Source of the DNA: Paraspadella gotoi | Lineage: Eukaryota; Animalia; Chaetognatha | NCBI GenBank assembly: GCA_051294375.1 | Contig: JBJCIZ010000373.1 | Span: 1 to 63,243, forward strand | Length of the DNA stretch: 63,243 nucleotides | Direction of reading: 5' to 3' | Shown: one piece after another, positions 49,043 to 61,340 of the stretch | How positions within the stretch are numbered: the stretch's first letter is position 1 | Layout of the letters: the number at the start of each line of letters is the position of its first letter | Program-made: the position numbers and the translations under genes | The notes under the pieces: model-generated | Databases searched by the model: none | What the model was told of the DNA's origin: nothing | The model's input: only the letters and a program-made list of their open reading frames with translations

Positions 49043-49573
49043 CTTCGCAAATTAATCTGAACATAAAAAATATTTATTGATTAGTATTAATTTAAAATCA
49101 CTAACAAATTATTTAAAAACCACATAAAAAAATAAAGAAAATAAACACAAATTATAAATATGCTTTTTAATTTGAAATTAATTACTTACATAATTTTAAA
49201 ATAATATTTTGTTAATTTCATTTCGTTTGTTGTTTTTATTGATTTAGAGAAGACAAAGTTTATTTGTCCTATATAAAAAAATAAAAATTGTTGTATAAAC
49301 TTTGTTTTTCTCTAAAATAATATTAAAAAATAACGACAAATAATATTTAAAAAAAAATAAAATAAATAAAGTTATTGATTAGTATTAATTTAAAATCACT
49401 AACAAATTATTTAAAACCTCACATAAAAATAATAAAAGAACTAAAACCAAAAATAAATATGCTTTATTACTTCAATATTAATGACTAACATGACATTTAA
49501 AATGATATTTAAAAAGTAACGACAAATAATAGTTATTTTTATAATTCTTTTAGCTCTAAAGTCTTTTTTTTAT

Positions 49574-50200
49574 TTAGACTCCGTCAACTCCATCGCGCAT
49601 AGACGCTTTTGGGCCAACGCTTTCCATGTAGAGCCCCGTGATAGCGTTGACAGACAGGCATCCTTCGGCTACAAGTCCGGCTAGGATGACGTTGATCTTT
49701 TTTCGCGTGTAAACGGCCGTGGAGTTCATACCGAGTTGCGCCGCGGCGTGCTCTTGTATGAATTTACGAGAGACGCCTACTTCTCTCCCGCCCATCCTAA
49801 CCGCCGATATAATCGCCGCGACGACGTCTGTCTGGGTTTTGTATTGACGGTAGCCTCGATTCCCCTCCGACAAAAAGGCGCTGGGTTTCAAGTTGGCGAT
49901 CGTCTTTTCCAAAGACATGACCTTAAGGCGCAGAACAGAAATCGAAGCTTCGTTTCCTTTCACCTTCCCTCTCAGCGGCGGAGAGAGGGCGGGATAGTCT
50001 GATGACGTAGACGAGGTGTTGGTGGCGAGTCTGGCGGAGCGGAAGAATCGGCGCTAGAGTCGTCTGATTCCATAACCAGCCGACGTTTGATACGTTTTCC
50101 CTTAGCTTTTTTACTAGTCGTGGCATGAGGTGATGCATCAGGCACACCACTAATACCTTGATGTACAGATGACTCCCCATTTTGACCAGAAGATTCGTCT
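49574..50200 (-). CDS. Protein with a linker-histone H1/H5-like winged-helix domain (N-terminus frameshifted)
   Basis: 'DVVAAIISAVRMGGREVGVSRKFIQEHAAAQLG..KKINVILAGLVAEGCL..TGLY' follows the H15 pattern AAI..G.SR..I..I..L..LV..G.L. An upstream frame has KKAKGKRIKRR and an S/P tract. Confidence 0.55.
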
Positions 50201-50939
50201 CCTTTTGCAGTTCACCCATACCATTTGGCGGATACAAAACAGTTTATTAATTTAAAAATTTAAAAGTTAAGCAATAAAGAGAGCATTCGGCGTTTAGTTT
50301 TTTTTTACCATAAATTTCTTTTAGCGCAATAAAGAGATTCTATTGAAATGAATAAAAAAATTAATTTTCAAGCGTTTAAATACTGACACAAGTGAAAAAA
50401 TTTTAACTCTTTCAATTTTTCCGCTCTCTAATTGGTTATACATTTTGCAAGCTTTTCATTCGCATTTGCATTTTGTTTGCTTTTCATTTACTTTCATACT
50501 TTACCTAATTTAAATTTTCTTTCAATTTTTCTCGCTTCTGATTGGCCTAAATCTTGTCTTTTCTCTCAAAAATAATTCTCGCTTCTGATTGGCCGCAATT
50601 TTGACACTGAATTTTTTTTTAAAGCCAATTTCCAAAAAAAAAAACAAAAAAAAATATAGAATATACTTCTCGTTTATAATCTCTATTCTATGGCTACATA
50701 AATAACTTTAACGATCAAACAAGATTTTAATTTAAAGTTAAAGTTGTTCTGTCTTGTTTTTTCGACAAACATCCTGTTCGTCTTCAGAAACAGAAAAAAA
50801 AGATGAAGAATCAGATTCAGAACTCTCATTATCACTGATAATCTCTGAATCTGAACCATCAGCAGCTATTTCTCCGTGACTACTCTCGTCCGAGGTACTA
50901 CATTCCCTTTTCGTTGTTTTTTTTTTTTTCTTTTTCTCT

Positions 50940-51263
50940 CTAAAGGTTCATTTTTTTCAGTTTTCCTTTTTTTGAGGGCGGGGCAGATTTTTTCTTTTTA
51001 TTACTTTTTTCTTTTACTGTTCGTTTTTTTCTAGTGCTATCATTTTTTTTTCCGCTTTTTTTTTGTGTGTCTTTTTTCTTTTTTACTGCTTTTCCAGTAG
51101 CCCTACCTACCGTTTTCTCGTTGTCTATTGAACTTTCAATGTTTTTCGCAGTTTCATTAATTTTGCCCTTAGAAATGTTGAAAATATCAAAGGTGTCCTG
51201 GGTCTGAGGACAAAATTGATTTCCCATGTATTCTAAATATTCAGCCCCCAACGATAAAGCCAT
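50940..51263 (-). CDS. Unknown protein with Lys-rich C-half (may continue into an acidic S/D/E tract to ~50740)
   Basis: ATG ORF of 107 aa within the minus-strand gene block. Confidence 0.55.
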   Translation of the reverse strand: MALSLGAEYLEYMGNQFCPQTQDTFDIFNISKGKINETAKNIESSIDNEKTVGRATGKAVKKKKDTQKKSGKKNDSTRKKRTVKEKSNKKKKSAPPSKKGKLKKMNL

Positions 51264-51308
51264 TTTTATTTTATATTGTCTTTTTATTACTCCACTCTAC
51301 TTCTTTTA

Positions 51309-51518
51309 TTAGGCACTGACGTTAAGTAATAAAATGGAGTCGTGGCCCTCCTCTTTGCGTTCGTTTCGAGACGGCAATCTGACGACCAAGACAATTGAAC
51401 TCGTGGTTCGCAAACGGCGACGCAAATGACAATCACAGTCACAAGTAGGAGATTCAACTAAACTTGTGCAGCTCTTATACTGTTCTATTTCACATTTATC
51501 TATTAAAAATTGTTCCAT
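51309..51518 (-). CDS. Small Cys-containing unknown protein
   Basis: 69-aa ATG ORF packed between neighbouring genes. Confidence 0.35.
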   Translation of the reverse strand: MEQFLIDKCEIEQYKSCTSLVESPTCDCDCHLRRRLRTTSSIVLVVRLPSRNERKEEGHDSILLLNVSA

Positions 51519-51544
51519 CTAAAATAAAATCAATTTAAACATTT

Positions 51545-52370
51545 TTATAAAATTTTAAACACAAAACAAAGTGGTTTATCTTTAAAATCAATGTTTTCAT
51601 TAAAAGGTTGAAAAAATTCATTTAAAAGCTTAAAATTAATTAAAAATGCAGATCTTAAGACACCATCTGATAGTGCTTCTCTTAGCACATAATAAACTCC
51701 GTTCTCTGTACTTGGATGACCAGTACGCATATTAACATGTATTAAGCTATTTGTTACCCTACCATTAATTAAACAAAAATTAGAAGCTCGGCATACAAAG
51801 TCATCAAAGTAAAGAAACATAGTTTTATTTTCATCGTCAATAAAATAAACACAGTTAGTAGAAACATGCCTTGTAAACGGAAATGATACAGCCCGTTTAT
51901 CCAAGCTTAGTCGGTGTTCTTTTATAAAACCCATTAAGTTAGCCAAATTTGTACTCATGTATAAATTATAAGGCAAAGCCCTTTCTATATAAAACTTATT
52001 ATGTTTATAATAAACTCTTAAATGATCATCGTTCTCTATATTTTCAAGCATATTCTGACTTGCGCAAACATTCAGCTGGTCGGCAAGTTCCTCAAATGTG
52101 CTATACTCCAACTCATAATCACGCATACTGTAACGGACGTCCTCTACAGGTATCTCCTTGGTAGAATACAATAATTTAAAACTTATGGTTTTTGTCACTT
52201 TTGGAATAATAATGTCATTTATAGAAGCAAATATTTTGCCGTCCTCTGATGAAAAATCGAATTGACTTAATCCACCCGAAATGCTATAGCTAAATTTAGT
52301 CTTATTAGAAATAGTGCATTGAGGCGAGTTAGAAGATATGTGCACCTCGGCAAAAGCATACCAATGGCAT
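51545..52370 (-). CDS. Minor capsid (penton) protein
   Basis: N-terminal 'HISSNS....SN.TKF...ASINDIIIP' and C-terminal 'MFLYFDDFV...INGRVTNSL...YYVL...INFKLLNE..P.....LCFVFK' fit the Polinton mCP pattern. Size ~270 aa. Confidence 0.7.
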
Positions 52371-52760
52371 TATATAATTGTTTTTTTTATTTTTTTATGT
52401 TAGTCTACATCGAGACAACACTAATCACGTTTCCGCCTCTTTCGTCTTGCTCCGTGGCGGTTCCCTCTGGAACAGGTCCAGTGAAAGCTTTGAACACTTA
52501 GAAAAGTTAATCGCGCCCAGCGAGACAACCAACGTCAGAAGAAAAAGTACATCAAAGCAAATTGAAAATGTTGTCCTTTAAAATTGGATACCGTAATACA
52601 TAAGGCTCAGTCATATTGTCATTATGTAAGTGTTCTAATATAATTGGAGCCATAACTATTCTGAAAAATAAACATAATTACATTAAGCTTACAATTGATT
52701 TCGCATAAAAGTTTGGTATATTTTTAATTTTAAAACAAAATGTGACGACCAGTAATTGGT

Positions 52761-53907
52761 TCAGATATTATTTTTGAATGGCGCTAACCTCTGTAATCTA
52801 CAAGCTTCTACAAAAGTTAAATTTTGGAGAACCAACTCCGCCCTTTTGAAACTTTGGCCAGTAAGTGCTTCAAAAGAAAACAGACGTCCTAAGGTGTAGC
52901 TTGGTGTGTCTTGATTTAAGATTACACGGAGGACAATATAGTTTTCGTCTGCTGTAACACCATATGACTCCTTGTTAAATAATAATTTCTTTCTATTTTT
53001 ATAAATTTTTACAATAGAATATTTTTTTAAAGTTAAATTGCTTCCTTTTAATAGTTCTGTCATATAATGCGGCCTTTTTTGAATTTTTTTGCTCATTGAT
53101 ATCATTAAAATATCATGGGCATTTAATGTAATTGACTGTGATGCGCTTATATTGCCTAATATGTCCAAAGGCTCTTCGTTTAATTGCTTTTCTATAATTA
53201 ATAAAACCTTTTCTAGTCTAATTTTCTTTTTTGTTTCTGAGATAAATTTTTCGAGAGACTGGCGAACCCTTCGGTTTTGACGTTCAACAACCCCGGAACC
53301 ACGACTTAATCTCCACTCTCTAATTTGTAAATTTATCACTTTTATATTTTTTGATTTCATATATTCTTTAAAACCTGTCGATGAGAATTCAACGCCACTA
53401 TCTGAAATAATTGAGTGAACAGAGTGCTTACGCAAAACTGACCTAGAGAAAATTCTGTCCCACCCTTTTTTTTGGTCTACAAATCTTGTAGAGGCCACAG
53501 ACTCCAAAAAAATGTAACGAGATAACTCATCCACTGTCACTAATATAAACCGGTTTTTACTAAAGTAGTGTCGGTTTTTACTTAATACAATTAAATCTGT
53601 GTGAAGTCGACTAAAAAACCTTGGTCNNNNNNNNNNNNNNNNNNNNNNNNNTGGTATTAAATTGTTTCGAGGTATCCCTTATTTTTTTATCATTAACATT
53701 ACTATTAAATATAGAAGAACTTTTTTGTTTCTGAAGAACTGTTTTTATATCACTTTTTGTAACTCTATAGCCCACCCTTTCCAGGTATTTATAAATCTTA
53801 GAAATGTTTTTAGATAAAAATAAAGGTGAATCTCTATCTAAGGTTGCTTTCATAACTATCTTTTCTATCTCTTCCGGCTTCGCTTTGTCTGAGGGACGTT
53901 CCCCCAT
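52761..53907 (-). CDS. int: Retroviral-like (RVE) DDE integrase, interrupted by an N gap
   Basis: N-terminus 'DRDSPLFLS..IYK..VTKSDIK.VLQKQ'; RLHTDL...VTVDELSRY, ISDSGVEF, VVERQNR. Confidence 0.9.
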
Positions 53908-54649
53908 TCTTCTAAAATTTCCGGATATAATTCCAATTTCACTCGCTTCCGACTCGACTTTCTAGTTAAGGGCACCTCGTCTCCGTCTGTGTCAACTTCT
54001 AGTGGCCGTTTTAGGAGCTGCTGTTGGTATATCTGTTGACTCTGTACTACCCTCTTCGTTTCCGTCAACAACAGCCTCAGTCAAATCAGTAGTCGGTTCA
54101 AATTGTGGTAGATTTGAGCCCGGTAAGTTTTCTTTATTTAAAGATTCAGCTTCAATTAATGCTAATTGATCTCTTATATTCCTAGTATCAGAATCACGAA
54201 AATAATTTATATCAGCTTTTATTAATATTAATGAATGAATAACGATATGAGCCCCAATGGCAATATGGGAGAACGAGACTTGACAAGTTTTTTTATTAAA
54301 AGATTTAAGTCTGTGAAAGGTATTTTTTTTTCTTTTATTATTATCTCAAGGCTTTCTGGGTCCCAAGTTAAGTAATTGCTTTTTTGTATATATCATTGAG
54401 CAGTCTTTTAACTAGTGCCCCCTCCTGTTGACCGTACTCGCTTATAATCTTTGTTTTTGAAGACTCAAGTGAGTCTAGATGTTTTTCAACTTTTGCTGTG
54501 TCTGACGTCGCCGCCGTCTCACTTTGTCTGTCTTCAATTGGTAAGTGTATTAATGCTCTAAGTTTATCTAGCTTGTCTTCGCAGGATTCGTCTGCTAGTA
54601 ATATGTTACGGAGCTTCGTTGGTTTAATGTGATAATCAAAAGAGGCCAT
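53865..54649 (-). CDS. Polinton-type conserved unknown gene, indel-broken
   Basis: 'LRNILL....EDKL..LR' followed in shifted frames by 'ITWDPESLEIII..IPF.DL..IAIG', a pattern recalled from Polinton ORFs next to integrase/ATPase. Confidence 0.5.
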
Positions 54650-54656
54650 TCTACTT

Positions 54657-54990
54657 TAACTATCTGTCATCCTGGTACAATTTTTAAAAAAATCACTCAA
54701 AACCAAATTATAAAATTACTTCTTTAAATTTTGACGAACTATCCAAAAGTTTTTTTCTTTTTGACCAAATTTTGCTTTACCAATGAGGTATTTTATGAGT
54801 TTTTTAAATGTCTTTAACTTAGCTTTAGTCTTTTTACCAAAACAATGTTTTAAGCCTTTGTTGTATACGTTTTTTAAAATTTCAAGCAATGATTTTATAA
54901 TTTTATTTTTTACTGAGTCAATAAAAATAGCCTTATTGTAAATGCTTTATGCAATGCTTTCAAGATTTTTGAGTTTTGACAATATTTCAT
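54657..54990 (-). CDS. Small basic Polinton-type conserved gene, indel-broken
   Basis: Minus-strand 'IIKSLLEILKNVYNKGL..KTKAKLKTFKKLIKYL' right after the ATPase. Confidence 0.5.
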
Positions 54991-55003
54991 CTTTTATTCC
55001 TTC

Positions 55004-55816
55004 TCAATCTAAATCGTCCCGCTTGTGATAACTTTTTAAAGGGCTATCGACATCACAAAATAGAATGTTACTGTATACTTCTGGCCTGTTCAACGAAGGT
55101 GATAAATGAAGTACAAGATACGAAAATGGTTCTTTTTGGATATGACTTGAATATATGTCAAACAGTGATTGGTCTCTTTTTAAATTAAGAGAGAATTTTT
55201 TCATGAAATGTTTCAAGTTTGATAAGTGATTTAAAGATCTGAAAAATATTAAATGTGATGCTTGTGTGACAGCTGAGTTTAAAGGGTGAGATTTATACAA
55301 AGCATCATAGTTTTGTAATGTTAAAAACACTGCTGATATTTTGCTGTGGTGGGCATCTATTGTTGCTAAGTTTCTGACTATAGCTAATAATTCCTTGTTT
55401 TGATTTGTTAACTGATTAATTTTATCATCTATTATTATGATTGTTTTCTCTGGAATCACGAGTGAGACAAGGTCTGGTGGAAATTCCGTCAAAAAATTAG
55501 AAGTGGGAAACGCTTCCTTCAGCTCCTTTATGTTATCATCCTCTCTGCTATGAATGTACACTAGGTTCGTGACTTTGTCTTCAAATTGAAGATCTTTTCT
55601 AATAGTAAATCTAAATGAAAATTCAAAACAATAAAGATGATTTTATTTTATAATTCAATTTTTATTATTATATAGAGACAATAGGAACGACTCACTTTTA
55701 ATAAAGGTCGATTTACCACACTGAGATGCACCAAAAAGGCAACAAAAAGAACCATTCTTTATTTTAGGGTGCCTTAAGTAAGACTCATGGTCTTCCATGT
55801 CGCTAATATCGGACAT
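55004..55816 (-). CDS. A32/FtsK-type packaging ATPase, two exons
   Basis: Exon 55816-55696 carries Walker A GASQCGKST. Intron 55695-55611 (GTGAGT...TTTAG). Walker B IIIIDD, then HH..IS...LQN. One homopolymer indel is needed near 55595. Confidence 0.88.
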
Positions 55817-55942
55817 TTTAAATTATAAAAAATATTTTTAAAATAAATATAAATTAACAATAAAAAAATGAAATTTATAAAAGCGACGATTAATAAAATA
55901 AACCCTTTTACTCTTCCCTTTTTTCTTCTTCCTTCACGTGAT

Positions 55943-56270
55943 TGGTTTTAATATTTTGACGATAGTTTTAATATTTTTGACGATGGTTTTAATATTTTGA
56001 CGATGGTTTTAATATTTTGACGATGATTTTAATATTTTGACAATGGTTTTAAATATTAATCATGGCAGTAAAGAAATACGTAGGAAAAATTTTAAATCTT
56101 AGGAAAATTTAAAATCCTAATAATAATTTAATAAAGAAATAGAAAATAAAAATTAAAAAACATCGGGAAAAATTAAAAAACATCGGGAAAAATTAAAAAA
56201 CATCGGAAAAAATTTTAAAGCATCAGTAAAAATTTAAAAGCATGGGGAAAAATTTAAAAGCATCGGGAAA
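55943..56270. repeat. Two 20-bp minisatellites inside the right end
   Basis: (GATGGTTTTAATATTTTGAC)n at ~55943-56055 and (CATCGGGAAAAATTAAAAAA)n at ~56150-56270. Confidence 0.9.
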
Positions 56271-56299
56271 AAAATAATATAGATAGAAAATGCTGTGGA

Positions 56300-57742
56300 A
56301 AAATTTCATAGTTAATTCTTTATGTACAAAGTGTGGACCGTAAAAATATTAAATTATATAAAGAAATAACTAGGACTCTTCGACTCGAGAATTTCCAGTC
56401 AAACTTGCATTTTAAATTTTTCCTACAAAATTTCACAGTTAATTCTTTATGTACTTTAAAGTGGACCGTAAAAATTTTCAAAATACTAAGTAAAACTTGC
56501 ATTTAATATTTTTCCCAGGAAAAATTTCATAGTTAATTCTTTATGTACAAAGTGTGGACCGTAAAAATATTAAATTATATAAAGAAATAACTAGGACTGT
56601 TCGACTCGAGAATTTCCAGTCAAACTTGTATTTTAAATTTTTCCTACAAAATTTCACAGTTAATTCTTTATGTACAAAGTGTGGACCGTAAAAATATTAA
56701 ATTATATAAAGAAATAACTAGGACTCTTCGACTCGAGAATTTCCAGTCAAACTTGTATTTTAAATTTTTCCTACAAATTTCACAGTTAATTCTTTATGTA
56801 CAAAGTGTGGACCGTAAAAATATTAAAATATATAAAGAAATAACTAGGAACTTCGACTCGAGAATTTCCAGTCAAACTTGTATTTTAAATTTTTCCTACA
56901 AAATTTCATAGTTAATTCTTTATGTACAAAGTGTGGACCGTAAAAATATTAAATTATATAAAGAAACTACTAGGACTCTTCGACTCTAAAAAATCCAGTC
57001 AAACTTGTATTTTAAATTTTTCCTACAAAATTTCACAGTTAATTCTTTATGTACAAGTGTGGACGTAAAAATATTAAATAACATAAAGAAACTATAGGAC
57101 TCTGACTCTAAAAAATCCAGTCAAATGTATTTTAAATTTTTCCTACAAAATTTCACAGTTAATTCTTTATGTACCAAAGTGTGGACCGTAAAAATATTAA
57201 ATAACATAAAGAAACTACTAGGACTCTTCGACTCTAAAAAATCCAGTCAAACTTGTATTTAAATTTTTCCTACAAATTTCACAGTTAATTCTTTATGTAC
57301 AAAGTGTGGACGTAAAATATTAAATAAATAAAACTACTAGGACTCTTGCTCTAAAATCAGTCAAACTTATTTTAAATTTTTCCTACAAAATTCACAGTTA
57401 ATTCTTTTATGTACAAAGTGTGGACTGTAAAAATATTAAATAACATAAAGAAACTACTAGGACTCTCTGACTCTAAAAAATCCAGTCAAACTTTAATTTT
57501 AAATTTTTCCTACAAAATTTCACAGTTAATTCTTTATGTACCAAAGTGTGGACCGTAAAAATATTAAATAACATAAAGAAACTACTAGGACTCTCTCGAC
57601 TCTAAAAAATCCAGTCAAACTTACATTTTAAATTTTTCCTACAAAATTTTCACACTGCCCACTCTCTCGGACACTAATACTTTCTTAATGGTCAAAAATC
57701 TCCTATATAAACTATATTGTATTAAAATCCCACTTTATACTA

Positions 57743-57744
<2 letters not shown>
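56300..57744 (-). repeat. Right TIR: ~11 tandem ~126-bp units plus unique end (...TATACTACT)
   Basis: GTGGACCG recurs every 126-127 bp (56560, 56687, 56813, 56939). Confidence 0.92.
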
Positions 57745-57783
<39 letters not shown>

Positions 57784-58106
57784 TCTCTCGCTTTATTTAG
57801 AATTTCGCAATAAATTGACGTATAAAATTGTATATTCTTATGAAATAATAACCTATTTTATCTGTCTTTTAAATTCATTCTAAATTCCCTTGCACCGTAG
57901 ATTTTCTTTGCTGAATCAGTGAATAATAAATCAAATCAAAGAATATTTTCTCATTAGCTTAAAATTCATTTTTAGCATGCCTTTTTTTTATTTTTTTATT
58001 TTTTTTCCTTTCACTCAAAAACCCTTTCGTAGTAAGTGTATCGTTAAAAGCTTACAGTACGCTTGGTGGTATGACATTAAATGTTCCACTCGGTTGGGGC
58101 TCTCAC

Positions 58107-58189
<83 letters not shown>

Positions 58190-58403
58190 ACCGTCGATCG
58201 GTCCAACAATTTCCTCTCATTATTTTTTAATTTTCTTTCATTTCATCTCGTTTCTCTTTATTTCTTTTGTCTCTTTTCTTTTTCCTTCTTTCGTTTTGTC
58301 TCCATCTCCTCTTAACCCTGTCTTCTTTTCCTTTCTTTATACCTTACCCTCAATAATCTTCCAGCTACTCTTTCTGGCTCTCTTTTCGGAAATAAGTTAT
58401 TTT

Positions 58404-58800
58404 TAAACTTAATATTTAACCTTAATTTAAACTTAATATTTAACCTTAATTTAAACTTAATATTTAACCTTAATTTAAACTAATATTTAACCTTAACTTA
58501 AACTTATATTTAACCTAAATTTAAAATTAATATTTAACCTTAACCTAAACTTAATATTTAACCCTAATTTAAACTTAATATTTAACCTTAATTTAAACTT
58601 AATATTTAACCTTAATCTATTATTAACCCAAATCCCAAAACCCTATTACTAACCCTAATTCCCATCCCTAATCCTAAACCCTACCTAATATTTAACCCTA
58701 ACCCTAATTCTTAATCTCTAACTCTAAACCTTAACCTTAACCATATCACTATCCTAACTCTAATCCAAAGCTAATCCTTAACTTTATCCCAAACCCTAAT
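58404..58800. repeat. 24-bp AT-rich minisatellite grading into degenerate (CCCTAA)n
   Basis: (AAACTTAATATTTAACCTTAATTT)n, then AACCCTAA variants. Confidence 0.85.
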
Positions 58801-58960
58801 TTAAAATGAAACGGGGCGCTTTGAAAAATAAGGCAGCCTTTCTCTTCCTTTTTCTCTCCCAACCCTATCCGCCTATTTACCATTTACTCTTATTTCCAAC
58901 ATTTTTTAAAACAACGACCTTCATTCTCCCTATCCCACTCTCCCGCATTCCCGCATTAAC

Positions 58961-59018
<58 letters not shown>

Positions 59019-59291
59019 CTGATTTTATCTCGTTAATAAAAAGCCGAAACTTTGTCCCGATCCAGGCGTCTCCGTAATTACCAACTCTTCGTCCTCCTCC
59101 TCCTCCTCCTCCTCCTCTTCCTCCTCTATCACCTCACGCTGTCCCTATCAGATTTCCCTTTCTATTCTTTCCTCTTTTTACTGTTTTTCTCCTTATCTTT
59201 CTATCCTATTCCTCCTAAGATTTGCGGCCCCTTTTTTATTTTCCGGACATATATGTGCATATTCTCTTCTAATTTCTTCTATCCTCTTTCA

Positions 59292-59540
59292 ATTTTTAGT
59301 TGCGCCGCGAGTACTCGCGGAGCAACTCTATAAGTCGGTCTGTCGGTCGGTATGTCTGTTCATCGGTCTGTCTCACTTACGTTTAAAAAGCATATAATTT
59401 GCTCATTTGTTAAGACAGAAAAAACATCAAACTTCAGGAATTCCTAAATGCAGTGCATGTCATGAATACAGAGGCAAAAAAGAAAATAAACGTGAAAATA
59501 AAGTCACTGTGGCGCAACACATTGGAATTACCGTTCTAAT
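59292..59540 (+). mobile_element. DINE-1/Helentron-associated-like element, copy 2
   Basis: T-run, hairpin AGTTGC-G-CCGCGAG-TA-CTCGCGG-A-GCAACT, then (GTCG/GTCT)n. Confidence 0.55.
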
Positions 59541-60209
59541 CTTTCAATTTTCTTTCTATCTCTTTCTGTTTATATTTTTTTCTAAAACAAAAAACGTATA
59601 TTCAATGTCTCTTTTCTTTGTTTCCACTTTCTTACTTTTTCAATTCATTTTTTTTACTTCCAATTCTCGCCCTTTGTTTTTTCTACTTTTTTTAAGTTCT
59701 TTCTTTCCGTATTTCTCGGTACGAAGTACGCGCGCATCCCCGCGCAATTGCATGCATTGATTTAGCTAGCGACCAGTACACTTACATACAGTATACATAC
59801 AGTATGCTTGAATATTACTCGCGCTTTCTCACGAATACGTCCTCGTATAAGATATTAGTATGTTTTTTTCATATGAAAATACTCTTTACAATATAAGCTC
59901 GCGACGGTACCGTATCCGCGTGCTTTAAGATGGCGCACGTATAAATCCCGCGCGCTGGAGGTGCGATCATCAATTCCGGATGAAACAAAAGGGAAAGCGG
60001 TGAACGACGACGACGACGACGACGACGACCTCAGTAACCATTACGACGTTAATGACAAAGACGATGACGATGGATACGACGAAGTTGTTGTCGTTGTTGT
60101 CGCTTTCGTTCGTTTTTCTTCAGCGAGGAAACTTTTGGGATAATATAGTCTATCTATGTACAATACATTAGTAAAAATAGAGAAAAGATATGGAAAAAGG
60201 AATATGTAA

Positions 60210-60281
60210 TGGAGGATCCGGGTATCGATCCCGGTACCTCTCGCATGCTAGCGAGAGCTCTACCATTTGAGCTAATCCCCC
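60210..60281 (-). tRNA. trnA-AGC: tRNA-Ala(AGC)
   Basis: GGGGGATTAGCTCAAATGGTAGAGC..CTAGCAT..GGGATCGATACCC..TCCA. One anticodon-loop base is missing (likely assembly indel). Confidence 0.88.
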
Positions 60282-60888
60282 ATCGGTGATTAATGTTCGA
60301 AAGTTTTTCAATCTTATCGCAGTCAGGTACTCTTGGAGTGAATAAACGAGACTCTGAAAGAGCCTTGATTAAAAGTCTGCTATGTTATTATCCTGTAAGA
60401 TGGAGGCCTGAAACAAACCATGGGTTGTCCAAAATCAGTGGCCAGATAGCAAGATATTTATTGAATGAATGTCTAATTTTACATTACTTGAATCAATTTC
60501 ATTACAAATTTTTTTAAAAAGAAAACTACCGTGAGTATAAATCTATAATTCAATATCTAAAATATTTATAAAAAAAATAATGATACTATACAGTATGCAC
60601 TATACTATATACAGCGTAAATATAGAAACTCTATGAACGAAAAAGTTGGTGGTCAAACAAGGAGTCAAGAGTTGAGGTCAAACTTCGGGTCCAAATGTCG
60701 AAGCCAACGACGTTTCATTACAACCCGAAAGGGACAACGACTTCGTGGACGACGATGACGACGAAAACGACGACGATGACGACGAAAACGACGACGGTCA
60801 AGCAAGGAGAGCCTCTCATTTTGAGTTTTCCCATTGTGAGCAGAGTACGAAGTGATAAAAATTCAATCGTGATGAAGCAGAGATATCA

Positions 60889-60951
60889 AGCCTTGTGGCG
60901 CAATGGACAACGCGTCTGACTACGGATCAGAAGATTCCAGGTTCGAATCCT
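60889..60951 (+). pseudogene. trnR-ACG: tRNA-Arg(ACG), 3'-truncated after the T-loop
   Basis: TGGCGCAATGGACAACGCGTCTGACTACGGATCAGAAGATTCCAGGTTCGAATCCT, then no acceptor 3' strand. Confidence 0.8.
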
Positions 60952-61340
60952 TTTTGTCATACGCCTGTCTTACTGTAGCTCTTAAGATTATAATTCAGCC
61001 ATCGGCTCACTACCATTGTTTTTCAGCCCCCTCTCTTTTTTTTAATTTATTATTTTCGCTCGATCTGAGTTTAAGAATTGTGAACGATTTCGCCAATTCG
61101 TCGGTTTTTATATATATACCTATCTTCCAAATTTCGGCAGTGAAGACCGGAAAGAGGCTTGCCGCCTTATGGCCTCATTCATGAAATCAATATTTTTACG
61201 GGTTTCTTGACCGCTATATACGGTAATATTAAAAATAATATTTGGATTACCTCAGTAACTGACAAACTGAATTATTCTCTGTCGATTCATGCTGTCGGGT
61301 TAAAGTTCCTTCAAGTCAATTACCATTTACCAATATAAGT

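Larger units (their letters stand above)
26792..57744. mobile_element. Polinton/Maverick (endogenous polintovirus), ~31 kb
   Basis: Inverted termini AGTAG...AAGTGGGATTTTAAT / ATTAAAATCCCACTTTATACTACT; pPolB, MCP, mCP, packaging ATPase and RVE integrase genes. Confidence 0.93.

Noticed and set aside
49500-49573. Histone stem-loop after the H1-like ORF (and TTTTAGGGC after the protamine-like ORF)
   Set aside because: Only half-sites are present; no 6-bp stem can form.
56300-57650. CRISPR-like array
   Set aside because: Units repeat over their whole length with no unique spacers. The context is eukaryotic, there are no cas genes, and the array is mirrored as a TIR.
58620-58800. True telomere
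   Set aside because: Degenerate, short and internal, with ordinary sequence on both sides.
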